Notes under the pieces: generated by a model
Told to the model about the DNA's origin: nothing
Seen by the model: only the letters and a program-made list of their open reading frames with translations
Databases searched by the model: none
Position numbers and translations under genes: made by a program
From: Longimicrobiales bacterium
GTDB lineage: Bacteria > Gemmatimonadota > Gemmatimonadetes > Longimicrobiales > Gaopeijiaceae
Direction of reading: 5' to 3'
DNA: 64,000 nucleotides
Assembly (NCBI GenBank): GCA_965202985.1
Contig: CBDBCF010000002.1
Coordinates: 128,001 to 192,000 of the forward strand
Part shown: positions 11,251-20,263 of the stretch, piece after piece
Layout of the letters: each line of letters starts with the position of its first letter
Numbering within the stretch: the first letter of the stretch is position 1

Positions 11251-12294
11251 TTGTCTCCTTTCTCCAGGTGGTTCAGATCGAGACGGATGGTCCTGACGAG
11301 CGACATCGGCGTCGATCTGGGGACCGCCAACACGCTGGTGTACGTCAAGGGCGACGGCGTCGTGCTCAGCGAGCCGTCGGTCGTGGCGGTGGACCGCGAG
11401 ACCAAGGAGATTCTGGGCGTGGGCCTGGAGGCCAAGCGGATGCTGGGCCGCACGCCGGGGACGATACATGCCGTGCGCCCGCTTCAGAGCGGCGTGATTG
11501 CGGACGTGGACATCACCGAGCGGATGCTTCGCCACTTCCTCAAGCAGGTGATGGCGAAGAAGATGTTTCAGATCAAGCCGCGCGTCGTGGTGGGCGTGCC
11601 GTCGGGGATCACCGAGCTCGAACGTCGGGCGGTGCGCTCGTCGGCGCAGGCCGCCGGAGCCAAGGAGGTCTACATGGTTGCGGAACCGATGGCGGCGGCG
11701 GTCGGCGTGGGCCTTCCCATCGAGACCCCCCGCGGCAACATGGTCATCGACATCGGCGGCGGGACCACCGAAATCGCCGTCATCGCGCTGTCCGGGATCG
11801 TGTCGGACACGTCGATCCGGGTGGGCGGGAACGAGCTGGACCAGTGCATCGTGTCGTTCCTTCGCAAGAGCTACAACCTCCTCATCGGCGAGCCCACGGC
11901 CGAGGCCATCAAGCTTCAGATCGGGTCGGCCATGCAGACCGACGACGAGCGCGAAATGGAGGTCAAGGGAAGGGACTTGGTGTCCGGCATTCCCAAGATG
12001 GTGCCGATCCACTCCCAAGAGATCCGAGAGTGCATGCAGGAACCGATACGCTCCATCGTGGAGGCGGTTCGTTCCGCCCTGGAGATCACGCCGCCGGAGC
12101 TGGCGTCGGACATCGTCGACCATGGAATCGTCATGACGGGGGGCGGGGCTCTCATCCGCGGCCTGGGCGAGCTGATCGCCCTCGAGACGAGCCTGCCGAT
12201 CCACCTGGACGAAGAGCCCCTGACCTGCGTGGTGCGGGGAACGGGCCGCATACTGGACGACTTCATCAAGTACCGCGCCGTCTTGGCCAGGTAG
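11251..12294 (+). CDS. mreB: Rod shape-determining protein MreB
   Basis: DIGVDLGTANTL, EPSVVA, VIDIGGGTTEIA, GIVMTGGGAL; start is TTG 11251 or ATG 11287. Confidence 0.97.
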   Translation: MSPFSRWFRSRRMVLTSDIGVDLGTANTLVYVKGDGVVLSEPSVVAVDRETKEILGVGLEAKRMLGRTPGTIHAVRPLQSGVIADVDITERMLRHFLKQVMAKKMFQIKPRVVVGVPSGITELERRAVRSSAQAAGAKEVYMVAEPMAAAVGVGLPIETPRGNMVIDIGGGTTEIAVIALSGIVSDTSIRVGGNELDQCIVSFLRKSYNLLIGEPTAEAIKLQIGSAMQTDDEREMEVKGRDLVSGIPKMVPIHSQEIRECMQEPIRSIVEAVRSALEITPPELASDIVDHGIVMTGGGALIRGLGELIALETSLPIHLDEEPLTCVVRGTGRILDDFIKYRAVLAR

Positions 12295-12304
12295 GTCCTC
12301 CGCG

Positions 12305-13171
12305 ATGACTCCGGGTCGCCCGAGCGATGGCCGGGGAACCGGCAAGCTGGACCTGTTGGCCACCCTTGTGCTCGTGCTGCTCTCGGCGATCCTCATGAAC
12401 CTTCCGGCGACCTCCCAGCACGGCATCGGCTACGCGATCAGGAGTTCGGCGCTGCGTCCCTTCGTGGCGCTGAACGGGGCGGTCGCTCGGGCGAAGGCGC
12501 GCGCACTGGACTTCGAGGTGCTTCGCGTGCAGACGGACTCGCTTCTGACCTGGGTCGCTTCGCAGCGAACGCTGGCGGAAGAGAACCGCCAGCTGCGCGC
12601 GCTCCTGGGGCTCTCGGGTCAGCCCCGAGAACACTTGGTGGCGGCTACCGTGATCCGACCGGGCGGCTCCGACACCGGCAGCGTCTTCTACTTGGACGCA
12701 GGGCGCAGGGACGGCGTTCGGCGCTTCGACGCCGTGGTCACCGAGGCCGGTCTTCTGGGGCAGGTGCAGGACGTTCGGGCACGCCGCGCGACCGCGTTCG
12801 ACTGGTCCCACCCGGACTTTCGGGTCTCCGCGATGACGGTGGACGGCCAGGTTCACGGGCTGGTGGAGCCGGCTCGGGGCCAGTACCGCGAACAGGACCT
12901 CCTCGTGCTGCGGGGCACGGCCTACCTGTCGGACTTGGAGCGGGGCGACGAGCTGGTGACTTCGGGGCGGGGCGGCGCGTTCCCGCGGGGCATTCGGATC
13001 GGCTGGGTCACGGCGGAGGCGGACGTGTCCGCCGGATGGAGCCGAAGCTACTACGTGGAGCCCACCGTGTACCCCGGGTCGGTGACGTACGCCCTGGTGG
13101 ACGTGCGCGACCCAGAGGCGCCCGTCGCCGCCCCGGCCGCCGACTCGATTGCGGAGGACGCTCCCGGATGA
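12305..13171 (+). CDS. mreC: Rod shape-determining protein MreC
   Basis: N-terminal TM helix, ENRQLRALL coiled coil, LVTSGRGGAFPRGIRIG; synteny. Confidence 0.93.
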   Translation: MTPGRPSDGRGTGKLDLLATLVLVLLSAILMNLPATSQHGIGYAIRSSALRPFVALNGAVARAKARALDFEVLRVQTDSLLTWVASQRTLAEENRQLRALLGLSGQPREHLVAATVIRPGGSDTGSVFYLDAGRRDGVRRFDAVVTEAGLLGQVQDVRARRATAFDWSHPDFRVSAMTVDGQVHGLVEPARGQYREQDLLVLRGTAYLSDLERGDELVTSGRGGAFPRGIRIGWVTAEADVSAGWSRSYYVEPTVYPGSVTYALVDVRDPEAPVAAPAADSIAEDAPG

Positions 13172-13656
13172 GCCGGGCCAACGCGCTGGTCGTCCTGGCA
13201 CTGTTTGCAGCGCACATGCTGCTCCACGTCGGTCTGGGACTTGGACGCGAAGCGCCGGACTTGGCCGTGGTCGCCGTGTTGGCCGGCAGCCGGGTCCTCG
13301 CCGTTCGCTGGGGGGCGGCGCTGGGGTTCGCGGCCGGGCTGGCCGAGGACTCCCTCTCCGTGACTTCGTTCGGCGCCAATACCTTTGCCCTGACTCTGGC
13401 CGGCGCCGGCGGGTCGTGGTCCCGCGACGTGTTCCTGGGCGATTCGCTGCCGTTCACGGTCGGGTTTCTCTTTCTGGGGAAGTGGTTGCGCGACCTGCTG
13501 GCCTGGCTGGTCGCCGAGGCGGGCCGGCAGCCCTTTACGTCGCAGCTGCTGATCGACTCGTCGATCGACGCCCTGTACGCTGCGGGAGCGGGGATGGTGG
13601 TCCTCGCGATCGTTCCCTTCGGCAGGACGGCGGCCCTCGGGGCGGCGCGCTCGTGA
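13168..13656 (+). CDS. mreD: Rod shape-determining protein MreD
   Basis: Hydrophobic; PDL and GFAAGLAEDSL motifs; between mreC and mrdA with ATGA/GTGA overlaps. Confidence 0.88.
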   Translation: MSRANALVVLALFAAHMLLHVGLGLGREAPDLAVVAVLAGSRVLAVRWGAALGFAAGLAEDSLSVTSFGANTFALTLAGAGGSWSRDVFLGDSLPFTVGFLFLGKWLRDLLAWLVAEAGRQPFTSQLLIDSSIDALYAAGAGMVVLAIVPFGRTAALGAARS

Positions 13657-15491
13657 GCGGCTACCGACCCGCCGAGCAGAGGCGGCAGGCCCGAGTGGCC
13701 CAGATCGTGGTGCTGGCGCTGCTGAGCCTGTTGGTCGCGACCCTGTTCCGAGCCCAGGTCATGGGTTCGTCCCAGTGGCTGCTCCAGTCGGAGTCCAACC
13801 GCCTGCGGTCCTTGACGGTCGCGGCGCCCCGGGGAATCGTCCGGGACCGGGAGGGAAGAGTGCTGGCCGACAACGTCCCCGGCTATTCGATCTCGATCCT
13901 GCCTTCCGACTCCATGGGCGAGACGTTGCAGCGAGTCAACGAGCACTTGGACCTTGACATGGCGCACTATCAGGAGCTAATGGAGGGAGCACGGACGAGC
14001 CGAGTGGCGCCGCTGTTGGTCTCGGTCGATGCGCCCTTCGACGCCGTGGCCGCCATCGAAGAGCGGCGGTTCGCGTTCCCGAGGCTCCTCATCGAAGCCC
14101 GCCCCAAGCGGCGCTATCCGGCCGGCGCGGTGGGCGCCCACGTGGTGGGGTACCTGGGCGAGGTCAGCGAGGCCGAGCTGGCCACCGAGTCGTTCGAGGA
14201 CATGGAGCCGGGCACACTCGTCGGCCGGGTCGGCCTGGAGGCGGCGTACGAGTCCGTCCTGCGCGGCACGCCGGGGACGCGCTACGTGGAGGTGGACGCC
14301 ATCGGCAGAACGAGTTCCTTCCGCGGCATGCCCGGAGTTCCCGAGGAACCGGGGTCCGACCTGGACCTGCACCTGGACCTGGACCTGATGGAGTGGATCC
14401 ACCGCTCCTTCCCCGCGGACAAGAACGGCGCCGTGGTGGCCCTGGACGTGGCGACCGGCGGCGTCCTGGCCATGTATTCGGCGCCCGCCTTCGACCCCAA
14501 CCTCTTTGCCGGCGTGGTGGGACGGCGCATGTGGGAGGCCTTGAGCCGGGACTCGCTCAGTCCGTTGCTCAACCGCGCCGTGATGGGCAAGTACCCGCCC
14601 GGCTCCACCTGGAAGCTGGCCAGCGCCGCCATCGCCTTGGAGGCCGGCGTCGTCGCCCCGTCCGAGGAGATGCCCGTGCCTTGCCGCGGCCGGTTTCGCT
14701 ACGGCAACCGCACGTACCGCTGCTGGAAGCCCGAGGGTCACGGCGCGCTGGACTTGGCAGGGGCCATCCAGCATTCGTGCAACGTATACTTCTACCAACT
14801 GGGCTTGCGCGTAGGGCTGGACCCGCTATTGGAGGCGGCCAACCGCATGGGCTTCGGCGGCCGCTGCGGCATCGATCTTCCGCAGGAGACCGCCGGGACC
14901 TTTCCCGACGGCAGAGGCTTCTGGCAGGGGCGCTTCGGATACGAAGCCAGCGAAGGGGAAGTCCTCAACTTGGCCCTGGGACAAGGTCCCAACTCTCAGA
15001 CGCCCCTCAAGATGGCGCAGTTCTTTCTCGCGATCGCCCGGGACGGCTCGGCGCCGGCGCCCGCGATCGGCCGCAACGGACCGCCCGCCGAAGGATGGCG
15101 GCTGAACATCTCGCGGGAAAGCTTGGACGAACTTCGGGAAGGGATGCGCCGGGTCACCGCGCCGGGCGGCACTGCCCACATGTCCTCGCTGGAGCACTTC
15201 GACCTGATCGGCAAGACGGGGACGGCCCAGTCCGGCGGAGACCTCCCCGACCACGCCTGGTTCGCCTCGATCGCCGGACCTTGGGGGGGCGAACCCGAGA
15301 TCGTCGTCGTGGTCGTCGTGGAGTTCGGCGGCGGCGGCTCGGCCGTGGCCGCCCCGATCGCGGCCAAGGCTGCGGACTTCTACCTGCGGGGCCGGCACGG
15401 CGTTCCCCGCGACACCGTCCAGACCCTGCTGGAGCACATTCGGGCAGGCCGGAGCACCGCTTGGGCCCGGCGTCCGTCCGGGGCGCCGTGA
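13653..15491 (+). CDS. mrdA: Penicillin-binding protein 2
   Basis: APRGIVRDREG; SxxK (PGSTWK), SxN (SCN) and KTG (GKTGTAQ) motifs. Confidence 0.95.
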   Translation: MSGYRPAEQRRQARVAQIVVLALLSLLVATLFRAQVMGSSQWLLQSESNRLRSLTVAAPRGIVRDREGRVLADNVPGYSISILPSDSMGETLQRVNEHLDLDMAHYQELMEGARTSRVAPLLVSVDAPFDAVAAIEERRFAFPRLLIEARPKRRYPAGAVGAHVVGYLGEVSEAELATESFEDMEPGTLVGRVGLEAAYESVLRGTPGTRYVEVDAIGRTSSFRGMPGVPEEPGSDLDLHLDLDLMEWIHRSFPADKNGAVVALDVATGGVLAMYSAPAFDPNLFAGVVGRRMWEALSRDSLSPLLNRAVMGKYPPGSTWKLASAAIALEAGVVAPSEEMPVPCRGRFRYGNRTYRCWKPEGHGALDLAGAIQHSCNVYFYQLGLRVGLDPLLEAANRMGFGGRCGIDLPQETAGTFPDGRGFWQGRFGYEASEGEVLNLALGQGPNSQTPLKMAQFFLAIARDGSAPAPAIGRNGPPAEGWRLNISRESLDELREGMRRVTAPGGTAHMSSLEHFDLIGKTGTAQSGGDLPDHAWFASIAGPWGGEPEIVVVVVVEFGGGGSAVAAPIAAKAADFYLRGRHGVPRDTVQTLLEHIRAGRSTAWARRPSGAP

Positions 15492-16723
15492 CGCGCGTTC
15501 GGCCGTGGGCGGCGCAGAGCCGTTTCGTGGCGCCGCTCCTGGTCCTGTCGGCAACCGGCGTGGCGATGGTCTACTCCGCCGGACAGATCAACGTTCCCAG
15601 CGCCTTGACCGGCGGCCTCTGGATTCGCCACGCGATCTTTCTGGCGGTCGGGGTTGCGGCGTTCCTGGCCGTCGGCAGGGTTGCGGCGCGGTGGTTCGAG
15701 TGGGTGGCCATGCCGGCCTACGTGTTCTGGGTCGCCGTGCTGGCGGTCACCCTGCTGGTGGGCACCGGCGTGGGAACCGCCGCCGGAACGAAGAGCTTCC
15801 TGTCGCTGGCCGGCTTCCGCTTCCAACCGGCCGAAGCCGCCAAGGTTGCCACCATCTTGGCCCTGGCGAAGCTGCTCGCGTCTCGCGACGCGCCTCCGCA
15901 GTTCCTTCGGGAGCTGCTGGGCCCGGCCGCCCTCGTGCTCCTGCCCTTGGGGCTGGTCGTTCTCCAGCCGGACCTAGGGACGGCCCTCTCCTTCGCGGGC
16001 ATCTTCTTCGCCGGCCTCTTCTGGGCGGGCACGCCGGGGCTGCTCCTCGTCTTTGCGGCTTCGCCGGCGTTGGGCCTTGTGCTGTCGTTCGACACGTTGA
16101 CTTGGTCCGTCTACATCTCGGCGCTCGTCGTCGGTCTGTACCTGTACCGCCGACGGCTCTTCCTGGTGGAGTCGGTGGCCGTGGTCTTTTCCAACCTGGC
16201 CGCCGGCGCAGTGGCGCAGCCCCTTTGGAACTCGCTGGCGGACTACCAGCGGAACCGCCTCCTGGTGTTTCTCGACCCCATGCTGGACCCGCAGGGCGCG
16301 GGCTGGCAGCTCGTCCAGTCCAAGGTGGCCGTCGGGAGCGGCGGGCTGTTCGGCAAGGGCTTCACCGCCGGAACGCAAAAGCGGCTCAACTTCCTGCCGG
16401 AGCAGCACACCGACTTCGTGTTCAGCGTGGTGGGCGAAGAGTTCGGGTTCGTAGGCACGTTCTTGGTGCTAGCGCTGTTCGGCTACCTGTTCCTCCAGAT
16501 GATCCGGATGGCCGAAGTCTCCAAGAGTCCCTTTGCGGGCTTGGTCGTCGTCGGTACTTTCGGAGCTTGGCTAACCCATGTGTTCGTCAACGTGGGAATG
16601 ACGATCGGGCTGGTCCCCATCACTGGGATCCCGCTTCCGTTCGTCAGCTACGGCGGCTCCTTCCTCGTCATGTCTTGGACGGTCGCGGGGATCGCCACCC
16701 GGCTGGCGTCCGAGGACCCCTGA
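15488..16723 (+). CDS. rodA: Peptidoglycan glycosyltransferase RodA (SEDS family)
   Basis: FQPAEAAK, LQPDLGT, LPEQHTDFVF, GIPLPFVSYGGS. Confidence 0.95.
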   Translation: MTRVRPWAAQSRFVAPLLVLSATGVAMVYSAGQINVPSALTGGLWIRHAIFLAVGVAAFLAVGRVAARWFEWVAMPAYVFWVAVLAVTLLVGTGVGTAAGTKSFLSLAGFRFQPAEAAKVATILALAKLLASRDAPPQFLRELLGPAALVLLPLGLVVLQPDLGTALSFAGIFFAGLFWAGTPGLLLVFAASPALGLVLSFDTLTWSVYISALVVGLYLYRRRLFLVESVAVVFSNLAAGAVAQPLWNSLADYQRNRLLVFLDPMLDPQGAGWQLVQSKVAVGSGGLFGKGFTAGTQKRLNFLPEQHTDFVFSVVGEEFGFVGTFLVLALFGYLFLQMIRMAEVSKSPFAGLVVVGTFGAWLTHVFVNVGMTIGLVPITGIPLPFVSYGGSFLVMSWTVAGIATRLASEDP

Positions 16724-16762
16724 CCGGATCCCGACACGTACGGAAAGGAAGGCGCTGGCGGC

Positions 16763-17599
16763 TTGGCTTGGTTTAGAACCCAGAAGAAGCCCATCGGTTC
16801 GGACGGCCGGCGGGACCTGCCTTCGGACGTCTTCAAGAAGTGCGACGGCTGCGGCGAGATCCTCTACCGCGAACGGCTGGTGCGCAACCTGAACGTGTGT
16901 CCCGATTGCGGAAACCACTTCCGGGTGCCGGCCGCCAGCTACGTGGAGATCCTGTCGGACCCGGGCTCGTTCGAAGAGGCCGACGCCGACTTGACCAGCG
17001 GCGACCCCCTGGGCTTCGCCGACCTCAAGCCCTACCCGACGCGGCTGGACGCGGCGCGGAAGAAGACCGGCCGCAACGAGGCGGTGATCACGGGGCGCGT
17101 GCGGATCGAGGGGATCGCCGTGTCGCTGGCGGTGATGGACTTCGCCTTCATCGGCGGCTCGATGGGGTCGGTGGTGGGCGAAAAGATTGCGCGCGCGGGT
17201 CGGGACGCGCTCGATAGGAAGACGGCGCTGGTCGTGGTGAGCGCGTCGGGGGGCGCTCGGATGATGGAGGGGATCTTCTCGCTCATGCAGATGGCCAAGA
17301 CCTCGGCCGTGCTGGCGCGGCTTCACGAGCAGGGGCTGCCGTACATCTCCGTGCTGACGCACCCGACCACCGGCGGCGTCACTGCGTCCTACGCCATGCT
17401 GGGCGACGTGAACTTGGCCGAGCCCGGCGCCCTGATCGGCTTCGCGGGACCGCGCGTCATTGAAGAGACGATCAAGCAGGAGCTGCCCAAGGGCTTCCAG
17501 AGCGCCGAGTTCCTGGAGGAGCACGGCATGGTGGACCGGGTCGTGGACCGGCGCGAGCTGAAGAGCGCCGTGGCCCGCCTGCTGCGCCACATGGCGTGA
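16763..17599 (+). CDS. accD: Acetyl-CoA carboxylase carboxyltransferase beta subunit
   Basis: C4 zinc ribbon, GGSMGSVVGEK, SGGARMMEG, PTTGGVTAS, GFAGPRVI. Confidence 0.97.
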   Translation: MAWFRTQKKPIGSDGRRDLPSDVFKKCDGCGEILYRERLVRNLNVCPDCGNHFRVPAASYVEILSDPGSFEEADADLTSGDPLGFADLKPYPTRLDAARKKTGRNEAVITGRVRIEGIAVSLAVMDFAFIGGSMGSVVGEKIARAGRDALDRKTALVVVSASGGARMMEGIFSLMQMAKTSAVLARLHEQGLPYISVLTHPTTGGVTASYAMLGDVNLAEPGALIGFAGPRVIEETIKQELPKGFQSAEFLEEHGMVDRVVDRRELKSAVARLLRHMA

Positions 17600-18921
17600 C
17601 GCAGGAACACCCGGCCGCGGGGCCCGACCCCCTGGCCGCGTCGCTCTTCCCCGGCGCCGAGATGAAGGTGGACTGGGGGCTGGAGCGGATGGAGAGCGCC
17701 TTGGCGGCGCTGGACAACCCGCACCGGCGCTATCCGGTGCTGCATGTGGGAGGGACCAACGGCAAGGGGTCGGTGGCGTCCACGTGGGCCTCGGTGCTTC
17801 GTTGCGCGGGGGCGCGCGTCGGCCTGTACACTTCGCCCCACCTGTGCTCGTTCCAGGAGCGCGTCCTCTTGGACGGGCGGCCCGTCGCGGCGGTCCGCTT
17901 GACCGATGCGGCGGCTCGTCTGCGGCCCCTGGCCCGCGACCTGGGGATGTCGTTCTTCGAGGCCACCACGCTGCTGGCCTTCCAGGTCTTCGCGGAAGAG
18001 CAGGTGGACGCGGCGTGCGTCGAGGTTGGACTGGGCGGACGGCTGGACGCCACCAACGTGGTGCGGCCCCAGGTGACGGCGGTCACCAACGTGGCCTTCG
18101 ACCACCAGGAGTACCTGGGCGACACCTTGCAGGAGATTGCGCGCGAGAAGGCCGGCATCTTCAAGCCCGGCGTGCCGGTGGCGACGGCGGAGCGCCGTCC
18201 TGCGGTGCTGGAGGTGCTGCGACGGCGAGCCGAGGAGGCCGGAGCGCCCTTCCACGTCGTGGACCCGTGGCGCCACGTGTCCGGGCTGCGCCTGGGGCCG
18301 GCGGGCACGCGGTTCACGGTCAGGACGAACCGGTGGGGCGACATGGAGCTGGACACGCCGCTTCTGGGGGCTCACCAAGCCGTGAACGCGGCGCTGGCCG
18401 TGCGGGCCTTGGAGCTGCTGCCGGCGCCACCGTCCGGATCGGCGGTGCAGCGGGGAACGGCGTCGGTGGAGTGGCCGGGCCGGGGCCAGCTCTGGGAGGA
18501 TGGGGGGCGCAGGTTCGTCTTCGACGTGGCCCACAACACGGCGGGGGTGCAGGCGCTGGTTCGCGTGTTGGCGTGGATGGCGCCGCCCAGGCCCTTGGTG
18601 GTGCTGGCCGGGATCCTGGGAGACAAGGACTGGTCGCGCATGTTGCCGCCGCTGGTGGACATGGCCGACCAGGTCGTGTTCACGACTCCGGCCTCGGCGC
18701 CGACCGGGCGCGCCTGGGACCCTCGCGCGGCGGCGGCCCAGGTGGGCGGTGCGGTGCCGGTGGAGGTGGAGGAACCGGTAGAGGCCGGGCTGGCGCGGGC
18801 AGAGGCCTTGGCGGCCGGGGGAACCGTCGTCGTCACGGGGTCGTGCTTCACCGTCGGCGACGCCATGTCCGTGCTGGGCGCGAGTCCGTTCGATGCGGCT
18901 CCCGATCGGGGCGGGCACTAG
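17596..18921 (+). CDS. folC: Folylpolyglutamate synthase/dihydrofolate synthase
   Basis: HVGGTNGKGS, YTSPHL, EVGLGGRLDATN, DVAHN; accD-folC synteny. Confidence 0.96.
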   Translation: MTQEHPAAGPDPLAASLFPGAEMKVDWGLERMESALAALDNPHRRYPVLHVGGTNGKGSVASTWASVLRCAGARVGLYTSPHLCSFQERVLLDGRPVAAVRLTDAAARLRPLARDLGMSFFEATTLLAFQVFAEEQVDAACVEVGLGGRLDATNVVRPQVTAVTNVAFDHQEYLGDTLQEIAREKAGIFKPGVPVATAERRPAVLEVLRRRAEEAGAPFHVVDPWRHVSGLRLGPAGTRFTVRTNRWGDMELDTPLLGAHQAVNAALAVRALELLPAPPSGSAVQRGTASVEWPGRGQLWEDGGRRFVFDVAHNTAGVQALVRVLAWMAPPRPLVVLAGILGDKDWSRMLPPLVDMADQVVFTTPASAPTGRAWDPRAAAAQVGGAVPVEVEEPVEAGLARAEALAAGGTVVVTGSCFTVGDAMSVLGASPFDAAPDRGGH

Positions 18922-19097
18922 CGCCCCGAGGTGGGCGGCGCCGAGGTCCGCCGAGCCGGCGTCCCGGCCGCGGCCGCGCGACTTCTTGCGGGAGGGCAGG
19001 GAACATTTTCGGCGCATGCGAAGTATACGGTACCAAACGGCCCCGCAAAGCCCGAGGCAAGCCGCCGAGGGAGGGGCCACAGCCGAGAAGGGGTCCC

Positions 19098-20099
19098 ATG
19101 CCGATGATCTCAAAACGCACCTTCGGAATCGGTCTTGCCCTTGTCGTCGCCGCGCCCGTCCATGCAACGAGCCAGCCGCAGCGGACCTGGGCCGACGGGC
19201 CGCTCTTGGAACGCACCGTCTTGGACGGAAGCGTCGACTCTCCGCTCCTTCGCCCCGGGCCCTTCAATGTTGGCGAGAGCTTGGTCGCGGTGATCGACTA
19301 CGGCGACTTCGCGGTGAAGGCGTTCAGCCTCGATACCGGCGAGTTGGCTTGGCAGGTGGGCCGTCGAGGCCAAGGACCTTGGGAGCTGGCCAACCCGACG
19401 GACCTCGTGGTCGGACGAGCGGACTCGGTTTGGGTCGTCGATCCTCCGAACCAGCGCGTGCACGTGTTCGGTCCCGACGGCTCCCAGGGAAGGACGTTGC
19501 GCATCGACCAAGTCGCATTTCACCGGTTCGCGCCGCTGAACGAAGGGTTCTTCGTGGCCAGGGCCGATGTCGAAAGCGGGCTGGTGGCCAAGTTGTCCGA
19601 ACGGCTGACGTTGCTGGAAGAGGTCGCCGCCCCGAACTGGGTGTCGGAGCTGTCGTACTTCTCCAGCGAGCTGCGGATGGACGCGGACCTGAGCGGACGC
19701 CTGGCCGTCGCCTTCAAGTACACGGGGCGCGTGCTCGTCGACGCCGGCGACGGGGCGAGCCTGCGCGAGCTGCCTGCCGTGGCGACCGGCGAGGAGCCCG
19801 AAGAGATCACGCTGACGCCGCCCGGCGGGGGCGTGGCTCGTCGGCTGGCGCCGGGCACGCGGTCGCTCGTTCAAGAGGTGGCGGTCGAAGGCGACGAGAT
19901 CTGGGTGCTGTCGTACGCCGAGCGCGGGGACGGCGCCGAGTGGGACAGCGACGTGGTCGACATCTACGACGCCGAGACGGGCTACAGGCACAGCCTGCGG
20001 CTGAACCGGCCGGCGAGCGGCATCGCCGTGGCGAACGGGCGGATCGTGGTCGTCGAGACGAACATGCTGCCGCGCATCACGGAGATCCGGGTCAAGTAG
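19098..20099 (+). CDS. Secreted 6-bladed beta-propeller (NHL-like) protein
   Basis: Signal-peptide-like N-terminus; VGRRGQGPWEL..P and VWVVD..NQRVHVF blade motifs; VVDIYD..TG.Y. Confidence 0.7.
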   Translation: MPMISKRTFGIGLALVVAAPVHATSQPQRTWADGPLLERTVLDGSVDSPLLRPGPFNVGESLVAVIDYGDFAVKAFSLDTGELAWQVGRRGQGPWELANPTDLVVGRADSVWVVDPPNQRVHVFGPDGSQGRTLRIDQVAFHRFAPLNEGFFVARADVESGLVAKLSERLTLLEEVAAPNWVSELSYFSSELRMDADLSGRLAVAFKYTGRVLVDAGDGASLRELPAVATGEEPEEITLTPPGGGVARRLAPGTRSLVQEVAVEGDEIWVLSYAERGDGAEWDSDVVDIYDAETGYRHSLRLNRPASGIAVANGRIVVVETNMLPRITEIRVK

Positions 20100-20172
20100 G
20101 GCGGGCCTGGGGGGGCAGCGGCCGGCCGGGTCCATCGCCAAGGTCGACCGTCGGTCGCCGACGACTTCCGGC

Positions 20173-20201
20173 TTGACCTGCCGTTCGGCGAGGGCCATGT
20201 T
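20173..20201 (+). promoter_or_regulatory. Possible sigma70-type promoter of hisS
   Basis: TTGACC-N17-CATGTT. Confidence 0.3.
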
Positions 20202-20263
20202 CAGCGCGAACGCCAGTCACGCCCGAACGCGCTAGTCGGAGGAGAACCGTCTCGTTTACGCGG